Shown here one piece after another: positions 20,404 through 30,363 of a DNA stretch of 64,000 nt. Made by a program: the position numbers and the translations under genes. Every line of letters starts with the position of its first letter. Position 1 is the stretch's first letter. Origin of the DNA: an uncultured Nitrospiraceae bacterium (GTDB lineage: Bacteria > Nitrospirota > Thermodesulfovibrionia > Thermodesulfovibrionales > UBA6898); assembly GCA_963811165.1 (NCBI GenBank), contig CAWEQH010000010.1, forward strand, positions 544,001 to 608,000, read 5' to 3'. Under the pieces are notes generated by a model. The model saw only the letters and a list, made by a program, of their open reading frames with translations, was not told the DNA's origin and ran no database searches.

Positions 20404-20519
20404 TCCCGGAAATTATTATAGACAGAGTTTACCAGTAAATAAGAGGACTAACAAACTCTTTTGTCGTCCCTCAGGATAATCCTTATCGGTGGCTTTATCA
20501 ACGGCTTCTAACTCATTGC

Positions 20520-22205
20520 TTATCCCCTCGACAAATGCCTGTATTTGATCCTGTGGGGCTGGTCTGCCTCGGCGCCCAGGCGGGCCTTTCTGTCGGCCTC
20601 GTATTCGGAATAATTTCCGTCAAACCAGACCACTTTACTGTCACCTTCAAATGCAAGGATGTGGGTAGCGATACGGTCCAGGAACCAGCGGTCATGGCTG
20701 ATGATCACGGCGCAGCCGGCAAAATTCTCTAATGCCTCCTCCAGAGCACGCATGGTGTTAACGTCCAGGTCGTTGGTCGGTTCGTCAAGAAGCAAGACAT
20801 TGGCCTCTTCCTTGAGCATGCGCGCAAGATGGACACGGTTCCTTTCTCCTCCTGAGAGCATCGAGACCTTTTTTTGCTGGTCCGACCCGGAGAAATTGAA
20901 GCGTGCCACATAGGCACGGGAATTGATCTGTCTTTTCCCCAGCTGAATGGCATCCTCACCGCCGGAGACGACCTCCCATATGCTCTTGTTTTGGTCGAGG
21001 TCATCGCGGCTTTGATCGACATAGGCCAGCCTGACGGTTTCTCCGATCCCGAAGGTGCCTGAATCAGGCCTTTCCTGTCCCGTAATCATCCTGAAAAGAG
21101 TGGTCTTTCCGGCCCCGTTGGGCCCGATTACCCCCACAATCCCGCCAGGAGGAAGGGAGAAGGTCATCCCTTCGACAAGGATGTTATCGCCGTATGCCTT
21201 AGACACGTTGTCCGCATCGATAACGACGCTGCCCAGCCTGGGGCCGGGAGGGATGTAGATTTCAAGTTCCTTTGACCTTTTGTCGATATCCTGACTGAGC
21301 AGTGCCTCATAAGAATTTATGCGCGCCTTCGCTTTTGCGTGGCGGCCCTTTGGGGACATCTGTATCCATTCGAGTTCGCGCTGCAGGGTCTTTTGTCTTT
21401 CGCTTTCAGCCTTCTCCTCCTGCTTGAGACGGTTTTTCTTCTGTTCGAGCCATGATGAATAATTCCCCTTCCATGGTATCCCTTCACCCCTGTCGAGCTC
21501 TAAAATCCAGCCGGCAACGTTGTCGAGGAAATAGCGGTCATGCGTGACAGCGATAACGGTGCCGGAATAGCCCTGAAGGTGGTGCTCCAGCCAGGCTACG
21601 GTCTCGGCGTCGAGATGGTTGGTAGGTTCGTCAAGGAGAAGGATGTCCGGCTTCTGAAGAAGCAGTCTGCAAAGCGCCACCCTGCGTCTTTCGCCGCCGG
21701 AGAGGATCTTTACAGGTGTGTCCGCTGAAGGACAGCGCAGGGCATCCATCGCCATCTCGAGCCGTGAATCAAGGTCCCATGCATCAAGGGCATCGAGCTT
21801 CTCCTGCACCTTTCCCTGACGCTCGATAAGTTTGTTCATTTCATCGTCCGACATGGGTTCGCTGAATTTTTCGTTTATCAGGTTATATTCTTTAAGGGCA
21901 TCGACAGTCTCCTGTACGCCCTCTTCCACTACCTCCCGCACCGTCTTATCGCTGTCCAGTTCCGGTTCCTGTTCCAGAAACCCTACGGTGTTGCCCGGAG
22001 AAAGAACTGTCTCACCGTTGAACTCCTTGTCCCTTCCCGCAAGGATGCGCAGAAGAGAGCTTTTCCCCGATCCGTTGAGACCGAGAACGCCTATCTTCGC
22101 CCCATAGAAATAAGAGAGATAGATATCCTTTAAAACCGGCTTTTTGTCGTAATATTTGCTTACTCCGACCATGGAGTAAATGACCTTGTCGGGTTCATTG
22201 CTCAT
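20520..22205 (-). CDS. ettA: Energy-dependent translational throttle ABC-F protein EttA
   Basis: [55 protein letters not shown]-terminus. Confidence 0.95.
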   Translation of the reverse strand: MSNEPDKVIYSMVGVSKYYDKKPVLKDIYLSYFYGAKIGVLGLNGSGKSSLLRILAGRDKEFNGETVLSPGNTVGFLEQEPELDSDKTVREVVEEGVQETVDALKEYNLINEKFSEPMSDDEMNKLIERQGKVQEKLDALDAWDLDSRLEMAMDALRCPSADTPVKILSGGERRRVALCRLLLQKPDILLLDEPTNHLDAETVAWLEHHLQGYSGTVIAVTHDRYFLDNVAGWILELDRGEGIPWKGNYSSWLEQKKNRLKQEEKAESERQKTLQRELEWIQMSPKGRHAKAKARINSYEALLSQDIDKRSKELEIYIPPGPRLGSVVIDADNVSKAYGDNILVEGMTFSLPPGGIVGVIGPNGAGKTTLFRMITGQERPDSGTFGIGETVRLAYVDQSRDDLDQNKSIWEVVSGGEDAIQLGKRQINSRAYVARFNFSGSDQQKKVSMLSGGERNRVHLARMLKEEANVLLLDEPTNDLDVNTMRALEEALENFAGCAVIISHDRWFLDRIATHILAFEGDSKVVWFDGNYSEYEADRKARLGAEADQPHRIKYRHLSRG

Positions 22206-22239
22206 CGTATTTCAAATCCTTTTTTACACCTTTCAATAA

Positions 22240-22878
22240 TTAATCCGGCATCCGGCCGATTATCGTCTCTCCGGCTTTTACCGTGTCCCCGAGTTTGATC
22301 CGCACCTGAACGCTGCCGGGGATATACAGATCGACCCTGGAGCTGAACTTTATGATGCCGTATCGTTCCCCGCGTTTCAGGGTTTCGCCTTCCCTCTTCC
22401 TGCATACCGCCCTCCGGGCCAGAAACCCGGCCACCTGCCTCACAAGCAAATCTCCATATTGGGTTTCGAGGACCATTTCGATGTTCTCGTTACAGACGGA
22501 GGCCTCATCTTTGTACGCAGCGCAGAACCGCCCTTCGTTATGTTTCACTGTCTTCACCCTCCCGTCGCAGGGCGAGCGGTTTACATGCACGTTCATAGGG
22601 GACATAAAAATGCTGATCTCTTTTGCCTCGCTGTGAAGATACTTCGCCTCGTGCACATCCCTTATCAAAATGACCCTGCCGTCTGCAGGCGACACGAACA
22701 CACCCTTGTCGTCAGGGACATCCCGATCAGGGTCGCGGAAGAAGTGGAACATAAAGAGGGTGATAACGAGGGGCGGCACCGCATAGAACCCGCCCCCAAA
22801 AGAAGCGGCGGCAATCGTGACGAGCCCGAAAAAAATAATAAACGGATACCCTTCAGGAGCGAATTTCATACCAAACAC
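22240..22878 (-). CDS. psd: Phosphatidylserine decarboxylase proenzyme
   Basis: FFRDPDR, SPADG, SIFMSPMNVHVNRSP, IKFSSRVD. Confidence 0.9.
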   Translation of the reverse strand: MFGMKFAPEGYPFIIFFGLVTIAAASFGGGFYAVPPLVITLFMFHFFRDPDRDVPDDKGVFVSPADGRVILIRDVHEAKYLHSEAKEISIFMSPMNVHVNRSPCDGRVKTVKHNEGRFCAAYKDEASVCNENIEMVLETQYGDLLVRQVAGFLARRAVCRKREGETLKRGERYGIIKFSSRVDLYIPGSVQVRIKLGDTVKAGETIIGRMPD

Positions 22879-23094
22879 CCGGATCCCTCAGAGCAGTGGA
22901 TTCACATTTAAATAAATCTCTCGCCACGACAGGCATAGAAGAAGGCGATAAATTTTTATGCGACACCTTATAAGAAAAAGTCTGAGGGAATGAACGCATC
23001 GCAGCCATTTCGTGATGCAATGCGCTCTTCACCTAACAACAATCAGTCGATCATAAAAATTCTGAGACGCCTTCTTCTGTGCACACAGCATATC

Positions 23095-24126
<1,032 letters not shown>

Positions 24127-24247
24127 TTAATAAAATTTAACGGGTATGAGACGAGGTTTTATTATATTACAAACGGACGGATTTTTCTATTTGCCCTGCT
24201 GGCAGCTGCTAAAAATGGGGTGCTTCTTTCTGCTATAGTAAATAAGC

Positions 24248-25336
24248 ATGAGTAAAGTAATCGTCGGAATGAGCGGCGGGGTCGATTCGAGTGTCACCGC
24301 ATACCTCCTTAAGAAGGAGGGGTTCGAGGTCGAAGGGGTCAGTTTTATCCTCTGGGAAGCGAGAAACAGATCTCACTTTACCGCCTGCTGTTCACTGGAG
24401 GCGACCGACGGCGCATCAAAGACGGCCGACAGCATCGGCATACCTCACTCGTCAATAGACGTGCGGGGGGCGTTCGTTGAAAAGGTAATCGAGCCGTTTG
24501 TTCAGGCATATGCCAGCGGCTTGACTCCGAATCCCTGCATCCTTTGCAACTGGCACATCAAGTTTCCGTATCTTTTAGAAGAGGCAAAAAAAAGAGGTGC
24601 GGAATATATCGCGACCGGTCATTACGCAAAGGTAGAGAAACAAACTCTTGCCGGGTATCATAATGAAAGGGTCTCCCTGAAAAAAGGCGTCGATCCTAAA
24701 AAAGACCAGTCCTATGTCCTCTACGCCTTAAGACCCGATGAACTGGAAAGACTTGTCCTTCCTTTGGGTAATCTCAAAAAGACCGAAGTCAAAGAGATAG
24801 CCCGTTCCCTGCAATTGCCTGCGGCCGAAAGACCCGAGAGCCAGGAGATATGTTTTATTGCCGACAATAATTATTCCGGGTTCATAGAAAACCTGTCGCC
24901 CGCCGCATGCAGACCCGGTCCTATCGTAGACAAAACAGGCAGGGAGATCGGCACCCATAAGGGGATATGCCGCTATACCATAGGGCAGAGAAAGGGGTTG
25001 GGACTGTCTTCTTTGGAGCCTTATTACGTTACAGATATTGATACGGTAAATAATATTGTCCGTGTCGGCTCACAGGAAGATGCGATGATGAAGGAAATCG
25101 CAGTCGATCATATCAACTGGCTGGTTTCCCCGCCAGCACATTCTTTCCGGGCCACGGCGAAGGTACGTTCGATGATGCCGGCAAGACCGGCTGTCATCGA
25201 AGTCGTCGGCAGGCAGGCCAGGGTTTTGTTCGATGAGCAGCAGTGGGCGCCCGCACCGGGACAGAGCGCGGTCTTTTATCTGGAAGATATCGTAATCGGA
25301 GGCGGTGTCATCGTCGACCCCCATAAACCAGCATAA
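24248..25336 (+). CDS. mnmA: tRNA 2-thiouridylase MnmA
   Basis: MSGGVDSS, TPNPCILCN, ATGHYA, KDQSY, ESQEICF, YTIGQRKG, APGQSAV. Confidence 0.96.
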   Translation: MSKVIVGMSGGVDSSVTAYLLKKEGFEVEGVSFILWEARNRSHFTACCSLEATDGASKTADSIGIPHSSIDVRGAFVEKVIEPFVQAYASGLTPNPCILCNWHIKFPYLLEEAKKRGAEYIATGHYAKVEKQTLAGYHNERVSLKKGVDPKKDQSYVLYALRPDELERLVLPLGNLKKTEVKEIARSLQLPAAERPESQEICFIADNNYSGFIENLSPAACRPGPIVDKTGREIGTHKGICRYTIGQRKGLGLSSLEPYYVTDIDTVNNIVRVGSQEDAMMKEIAVDHINWLVSPPAHSFRATAKVRSMMPARPAVIEVVGRQARVLFDEQQWAPAPGQSAVFYLEDIVIGGGVIVDPHKPA

Positions 25337-26204
25337 GTGCGTTTCTTGCCGTCGACACCTTCGCAGGCGTGACACCCAAATAATCCCCGTCCACCTGAAT
25401 ATGGGCGTTCCCCTTCACCTCAATCTCCGATGCCCTGAGATACGCCACATCTTTATAGGTAAGATGTTTCCCCCTGATTACCCCGGCGGCATATCTGAAC
25501 AGGTCGAGGCGGCTGCCGCCTTTAAACAGACAGACGAATAGCGAAGGGTCGAGGAGGCTTGCATCCGGTGCCACCTTGAAATGTCCGCCGTACTTGGCTG
25601 CCTTGCTGATGACCGCGGAATAACCGGAATACTCCTTACCATCTATGATGAAGGAGAGCCTCTCCGGGGAATATCCCAGAATATTTTGCATCCCGCTTAT
25701 GATATATGCGGCCTTTCCGGACAGTTTTTTTATGGAAGTACTCACATCATAGACTGTCTTGCCGTCAAGTCCTATGCCGGCCATCAAACAAAAGTATCTC
25801 GCTGCAAGCTCTTTCCCGCTGCCGGTTTCCACAAGCCCGAGAGACACCCTTCTGGGAACTGATGTCAACGCAACTTCGAGCGAGCCGCAGATATCCTCGG
25901 GGATGTCGAGTTCCTTCGCCAGCACATTCGTTGTACCCATAGGGAGCACCGAGAGGGGCGTATCGGACCATACGATACCGTTGATCACCTCATTGATCGT
26001 TCCGTCGCCCCCTGCTGCGATAAGAAGGCGGGGTTTTCTTTTGAGGGCATCGGCTGCAAGGCACCTGGCATGACCGCGTGTCTCGGTACGAAGTACTTCC
26101 ACAACAAAGCCCCTTTTCTCAAGAAAGGAAGTCGCTTGAGCGATCTTTTTATCCGACGCGGCCCTCGCCGCGGGATTATATATGACAATTACCGATGATT
26201 TCAT
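25308..26204 (-). CDS. Diacylglycerol kinase (YegS/BmrU) family lipid kinase
   Basis: IYNPAA, AGGDGTINEV, PMGTTNV, QVDGD. Confidence 0.9.
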   Translation of the reverse strand: MKSSVIVIYNPAARAASDKKIAQATSFLEKRGFVVEVLRTETRGHARCLAADALKRKPRLLIAAGGDGTINEVINGIVWSDTPLSVLPMGTTNVLAKELDIPEDICGSLEVALTSVPRRVSLGLVETGSGKELAARYFCLMAGIGLDGKTVYDVSTSIKKLSGKAAYIISGMQNILGYSPERLSFIIDGKEYSGYSAVISKAAKYGGHFKVAPDASLLDPSLFVCLFKGGSRLDLFRYAAGVIRGKHLTYKDVAYLRASEIEVKGNAHIQVDGDYLGVTPAKVSTARNALMLVYGGRR

Positions 26205-26994
26205 CTATCGGAAAGACACCCAGGCATTGCGATACCTCATCGATGAGCACAGTCTTTTTTTCGAGAAAAGATATCACCCTCTCCCGCACTGCGTTGTCCC
26301 TCACAAAAAAGACCCGCCCGCCCCGCCTGTCTCCCTTTCTCTTTATATGAGACACTCTCACATAGCCGAATTTTCGCGATGAAACATAGCCGGTTGTGTA
26401 ATCAGGATCGTCTGAAACACAGAGCTCTGCGATTACCTCTTTGCAGCAGGCGACCTTAGACGCAAGGACCAGGGCCTCCCTGACTGTTTCAGAGTCAATC
26501 CCTTCTCTCTTAAGTTCATGACTGAGAATACTTATTGCGCCGCGGTCGATGCCGAGTTTCGATGCGCGGACACCCCTGTTCCTGTCCGGCTCGATCCTTC
26601 TTCCCGACACGGCGGTTATTAAAGAGGCCCCACGCATAGTCTTTTCGCCGTAGACCACTTTTAGTGCCGTCTTTATCGCAGTCTCCGTGACTCCAGCCGA
26701 GAAAAGCAAATTTCGTATGTGACGCTGCGCCGCCTGTGTGGACCTGCATATGACCGTCTTTAGAGGAAGGGACCGTATTTTCTTCGGCGTAGTTGTGATC
26801 CTCTCTATCTTGATCTCGATCCGGTCAGGCCTCCCGCGGGGATGGGTCAGCGCCCTTCTGACATACCCGTCGACAACTTCGCCGATCGACCCACGTTCGT
26901 AGATCCCCTCGGCACCTGATATGTGCAAGTCCGAGGATTTATTCCGCCCCTTTTTTTTTGCCCCTCTGGACGCCCTCATCCGTACACTAACCAT
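26176..26994 (-). CDS. bioW: 6-carboxyhexanoate-CoA ligase (pimeloyl-CoA synthetase)
   Basis: SVRMRAS, HISGAE, EALVLASKV, AELCVSDDPDYTTGYV, GGRVFF; downstream of bioB. Confidence 0.9.
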   Translation of the reverse strand: MVSVRMRASRGAKKKGRNKSSDLHISGAEGIYERGSIGEVVDGYVRRALTHPRGRPDRIEIKIERITTTPKKIRSLPLKTVICRSTQAAQRHIRNLLFSAGVTETAIKTALKVVYGEKTMRGASLITAVSGRRIEPDRNRGVRASKLGIDRGAISILSHELKREGIDSETVREALVLASKVACCKEVIAELCVSDDPDYTTGYVSSRKFGYVRVSHIKRKGDRRGGRVFFVRDNAVRERVISFLEKKTVLIDEVSQCLGVFPIDEIIGNCHI

Positions 26995-27016
26995 CCATAG
27001 TCTCCATAAATGCCTC

Positions 27017-27991
27017 CTATGCGCGGCTTCGGGATATCTCAAACCCAAGCTGTTCGATCAGTCTCATGTCATCCTCGAAACTTCTCCCTGTCGTCGTCAG
27101 GTAATTCCCCGATAGAATACCGTCTGCACCGGCCATGAAAATAAATGAATTAAGCTCGCCAAGGGTCTGCAGGCGCCCTCCGCATATCCGTATCTCCTTC
27201 CCCGGAAGAAGGAACCTGAATAGGCTGACTATTCTCAGCGCCTCGACCGGTCCAAGCTGACTCCTTGATCCGAGCCTCGTCCCCCTGACAGGAATCAGAA
27301 AATTAATAGGGACCGAATCCGGGCCGATCTCCCTCAACGCCATTCCCATGTCGATCCTGTCCTGCCACGTCTCTCCGAGACCGAAGATTCCTCCACAGCA
27401 CAGGGAAAGCCCGATTGACTTCACGGCAGCGATGGTCTTTAACTTCTCCCGGTAGGAATGGGTAGTGCATATCGCCGGAAAGAATCTTTCGGATGTCTCC
27501 AGGTTATGGTGAAAACGATTCAGACCGGCCTCTTTCAAAAAAAGCAATTCCTCCTCCGCCAGAAGCCCAAGGGTCGCGCACGACAGAAGTCCCAGTCCCG
27601 TGACCTCGGAAATCATGCCCGCAATCTTGCGTATCTCTGCGCCCGTAACCTTCCGGCCGCTTGTCACAATACAGAAGCGTTTCGCACCTCCCCGTTTTGC
27701 CTCCGCCGCCTTGTTAAGGACGGCCTTTTTGTCGGCCAGGGGAAAGACCGGAGAGTCAGAGGAACTCATGGAGGATTGCGCACAGTAGGCGCAATCCTCG
27801 GGACAGGCCCCTGACTTTGCACTTACAATGGCGCAGACATCGATAACGTTTCCGCGAAAGCGTGTCCTGATCCTGCTTGCAGCGGCGAACAGATCAAACA
27901 CACCAGCACCGGAAATAGAGGAGATATATGCCGCTTCTTCACGCGACAGTTCGCCGCCGGATACGATTTTATCTTCAAGCCGGTTGATCAT
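27017..27991 (-). CDS. bioB: Biotin synthase
   Basis: CPEDCAYCAQS, HHNLETS, CCGGIFGLGE, VPINFLIP, GNYLTT. Confidence 0.95.
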   Translation of the reverse strand: MINRLEDKIVSGGELSREEAAYISSISGAGVFDLFAAASRIRTRFRGNVIDVCAIVSAKSGACPEDCAYCAQSSMSSSDSPVFPLADKKAVLNKAAEAKRGGAKRFCIVTSGRKVTGAEIRKIAGMISEVTGLGLLSCATLGLLAEEELLFLKEAGLNRFHHNLETSERFFPAICTTHSYREKLKTIAAVKSIGLSLCCGGIFGLGETWQDRIDMGMALREIGPDSVPINFLIPVRGTRLGSRSQLGPVEALRIVSLFRFLLPGKEIRICGGRLQTLGELNSFIFMAGADGILSGNYLTTTGRSFEDDMRLIEQLGFEISRSRA

Positions 27992-28040
27992 AGTCGATAT
28001 TTTTTCAGAAGGCCGGGGCAATGTCAACAAACAATGGGCG

Positions 28041-28724
28041 CTAGGAGCGGCCCTTGGACTTTATCGTCTTTATCAATTCTTCCCTGCTGATGACCCCTTT
28101 TGAGACAAGGAGATCGATGAGACCCTCGATGACGGCCTTTTGAGAAATATCGGTTCTCGGTTTTGACGCTTCCCGCCCAGACCCCGTCTCAGGCGCAACG
28201 ACTTTTCCTTCGCTTCCCTCCACGCTATACAAGGTGCCAAACTCCTCCAATCTCTCTTTTGCCATGCGAAAACTGGGTTCTGGAGACTTTCCTTCATAAT
28301 ATATACCTATCGCCCTCGTGATATCCGAATCGAGGGCAAGCAGGGGTTTGACCCTCACCCCGAGGCTGAAACCGATATCATCTATGGTCTTCAGGTCAGT
28401 CGGATCAGCGATGGCCACCAGGAGTGTTTTTCCTTCCATCCCCACGGGACATATCCCGAATTTCTTCGCGACATCCCTTCCCACCATCTTCAGCACTTCA
28501 TCTGAAGGCCTTTGCATACTGTCGAGGGAAATTGCGGAAAGCCCATACTGTTTTTCTATCACCGTAAGCATGTCCTTTTCAGAAACAAATCCTTTTTTTA
28601 TCATAATGGAGCCGACTCTTCCGCCCCACTCCGCTTGCTCCGAAAGTGCGGTCCTGAGCTGAAATTCATCGATAAGTCCTACTTCCAACAGGAGTTCGCC
28701 GAGTCTCTTATTTTCTTTTTTCAT
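28041..28724 (-). CDS. Stand-alone MshEN/GspE-N domain protein
   Basis: RLGELLLEVGLIDEFQLRTALSEQ..RVGSIMIKKGFVSE; no ATPase domain. Confidence 0.8.
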   Translation of the reverse strand: MKKENKRLGELLLEVGLIDEFQLRTALSEQAEWGGRVGSIMIKKGFVSEKDMLTVIEKQYGLSAISLDSMQRPSDEVLKMVGRDVAKKFGICPVGMEGKTLLVAIADPTDLKTIDDIGFSLGVRVKPLLALDSDITRAIGIYYEGKSPEPSFRMAKERLEEFGTLYSVEGSEGKVVAPETGSGREASKPRTDISQKAVIEGLIDLLVSKGVISREELIKTIKSKGRS

Positions 28725-28765
28725 CTTCTCATCACCCGGCCACGGCCGCCTTCGGCTCAGGGTGG

Positions 28766-29044
28766 CTAATATTTTATCTCGAAGCCCTTCTCGTGCCCTG
28801 AATACACTTCCCAGATCACCTCAATATCGATGATATGAGAACCCGGCGGGCCCACCCTGCAATGCTCTATGGCCTGTTCGATCAACGCTCTATCGCCTTC
28901 GAAAACCGCTTCGACACTGCCGTCGTAAAGGTTTTTCACCCACCCGCCAAGATCCAGCTTGACCGCAATATTTCTCGTAAAGGCCCTATAAAAAACTCCC
29001 TGAACCCTGCCCTTTATAAAGAGATGTGCACGAGCAGCATCCAC
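28766..29044 (-). CDS. acyP: Acylphosphatase
   Basis: GRVQGVFYR, GWVKN..DGSVE, GPP. Confidence 0.92.
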   Translation of the reverse strand: MDAARAHLFIKGRVQGVFYRAFTRNIAVKLDLGGWVKNLYDGSVEAVFEGDRALIEQAIEHCRVGPPGSHIIDIEVIWEVYSGHEKGFEIKY

Positions 29045-29045
29045 T

Positions 29046-29879
29046 TTACTTCACGATCTTCATGCTAATGTCGGCAGCGGCGGCCGAATGGGTCAGTGCC
29101 CCTACTGATATCAGGTCCACGCCCGTTTCCGCCACCTCCCTGACGTTTGCAAGGCTTATGTTACCGGAGGCCTCGGTCGTCACCTTTCCCCGCGCGTACA
29201 AAACAGCCTCGGTCATGTCTCCAACCGACATATTATCGAGCATGACGATGTCGGCCCCCGCCTCGATGGCCTCCTGGAGCTCCTTGAGGTTCTCGACCTC
29301 GACCTCGATCCGCGCAAGATGGTGTCCGGACTTTGCACGGGCAATGGCGTCTGTGATACTGCCTACCTCTTCTATGTGATTGTCTTTAATGAGTATGCCG
29401 TCATAGAGTCCGAAACGGTGATTGGTCCCTCCCCCTACCCTTACCGCGTATTTTTCCATGAACCTCTGGCAAGGGGTCGTTTTACGCGTGTCGAGAATCC
29501 TGGCCTTAGTTCCCCTCACGGCATCAACGAACTGACTTGCGAGTGTTGCAATGCCCGAAAGTCTCTGAAGGATGTTGAGGCTCACCCTTTCTCCTGCAAG
29601 CAAGACCCTCGTCTTGCCGGCCACCTCTGCAAGTACGTCGCCTCTTGAAACCTTGGCACCCTCGTTGTAGAAAATACTGAAAGAGACAGAGGAATCGAGG
29701 ATCCGGAAGACTTCGTTCGCAAAGGGCATGCCCGCAAGAACGAAATTCCCCTTGGCTATGTACAAGGCCTTCGCCTCATTTGCCTCGGGCACCAAAAGAT
29801 TAGTGGTAATATCGCCGTGCCCTATGTCCTCTTCTATCGCGTGCTTGATCAGCTCGATAACATTTGAAGGGATGTCCAT
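29046..29879 (-). CDS. nadC: Nicotinate-nucleotide pyrophosphorylase
   Basis: ED..GDITT, LSGIAT, DTRKTTP, NHRFGL.DGILIKDNH, MLDN, EASG. Confidence 0.96.
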   Translation of the reverse strand: MDIPSNVIELIKHAIEEDIGHGDITTNLLVPEANEAKALYIAKGNFVLAGMPFANEVFRILDSSVSFSIFYNEGAKVSRGDVLAEVAGKTRVLLAGERVSLNILQRLSGIATLASQFVDAVRGTKARILDTRKTTPCQRFMEKYAVRVGGGTNHRFGLYDGILIKDNHIEEVGSITDAIARAKSGHHLARIEVEVENLKELQEAIEAGADIVMLDNMSVGDMTEAVLYARGKVTTEASGNISLANVREVAETGVDLISVGALTHSAAAADISMKIVK

Positions 29880-29880
29880 G

Positions 29881-30363
29881 CTACTTTCTTCTTAGAAGAG
29901 ACAGGAGCCCCCATATGCCCCCGACGACTGCGCTCACGGCGACGGCAGATTTCCAATCGAGGAGTGTCGTGAGTTCTCCGTCGACCTTGTTCGCAAGAAC
30001 AATCAGCGCAGCGCTCTTGTCCGCCTTCACGCTCCCGGCCGCAACCAGGCCGGCCGCGCTTCGGTTGAGGGTCGTTTGATATCGCGATAAAGAGAGAGGT
30101 GCGCAGGAAAAATTGACCGTCGTGTTGTTTCCGACGGTCACCGTGCTGACACACTGGTTAAAGGCGACGTCCTCCCCGTGGACCAGCACGGCCGCGCATT
30201 GGGTCGCCTCGATCTTCTCGCCGTCCACACTCAGGGCGCCTACCTGCTGCATCTCGACATGGCCTCCCTCGACATTCCTGACGGTGCTCTGATTTATATT
30301 GATGAATTCGCCTTCGATAATCCCGAGCTCTTTTTCCCGGAGATCCTTCTCCTCTTTTTCCAT
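29881..30363 (-). CDS. Hypothetical protein with short beta repeats and C-terminal TM helix
   Basis: Coupled between valS and nadC; hydrophobic C-terminus ending RRK. Confidence 0.65.
   Translation of the reverse strand: MEKEEKDLREKELGIIEGEFININQSTVRNVEGGHVEMQQVGALSVDGEKIEATQCAAVLVHGEDVAFNQCVSTVTVGNNTTVNFSCAPLSLSRYQTTLNRSAAGLVAAGSVKADKSAALIVLANKVDGELTTLLDWKSAVAVSAVVGGIWGLLSLLRRK

Noticed and set aside
23031..23037. Integron attC site (ACCTAAC)
   Set aside because: No matching GTTRRRY at a symmetric position and no integron integrase
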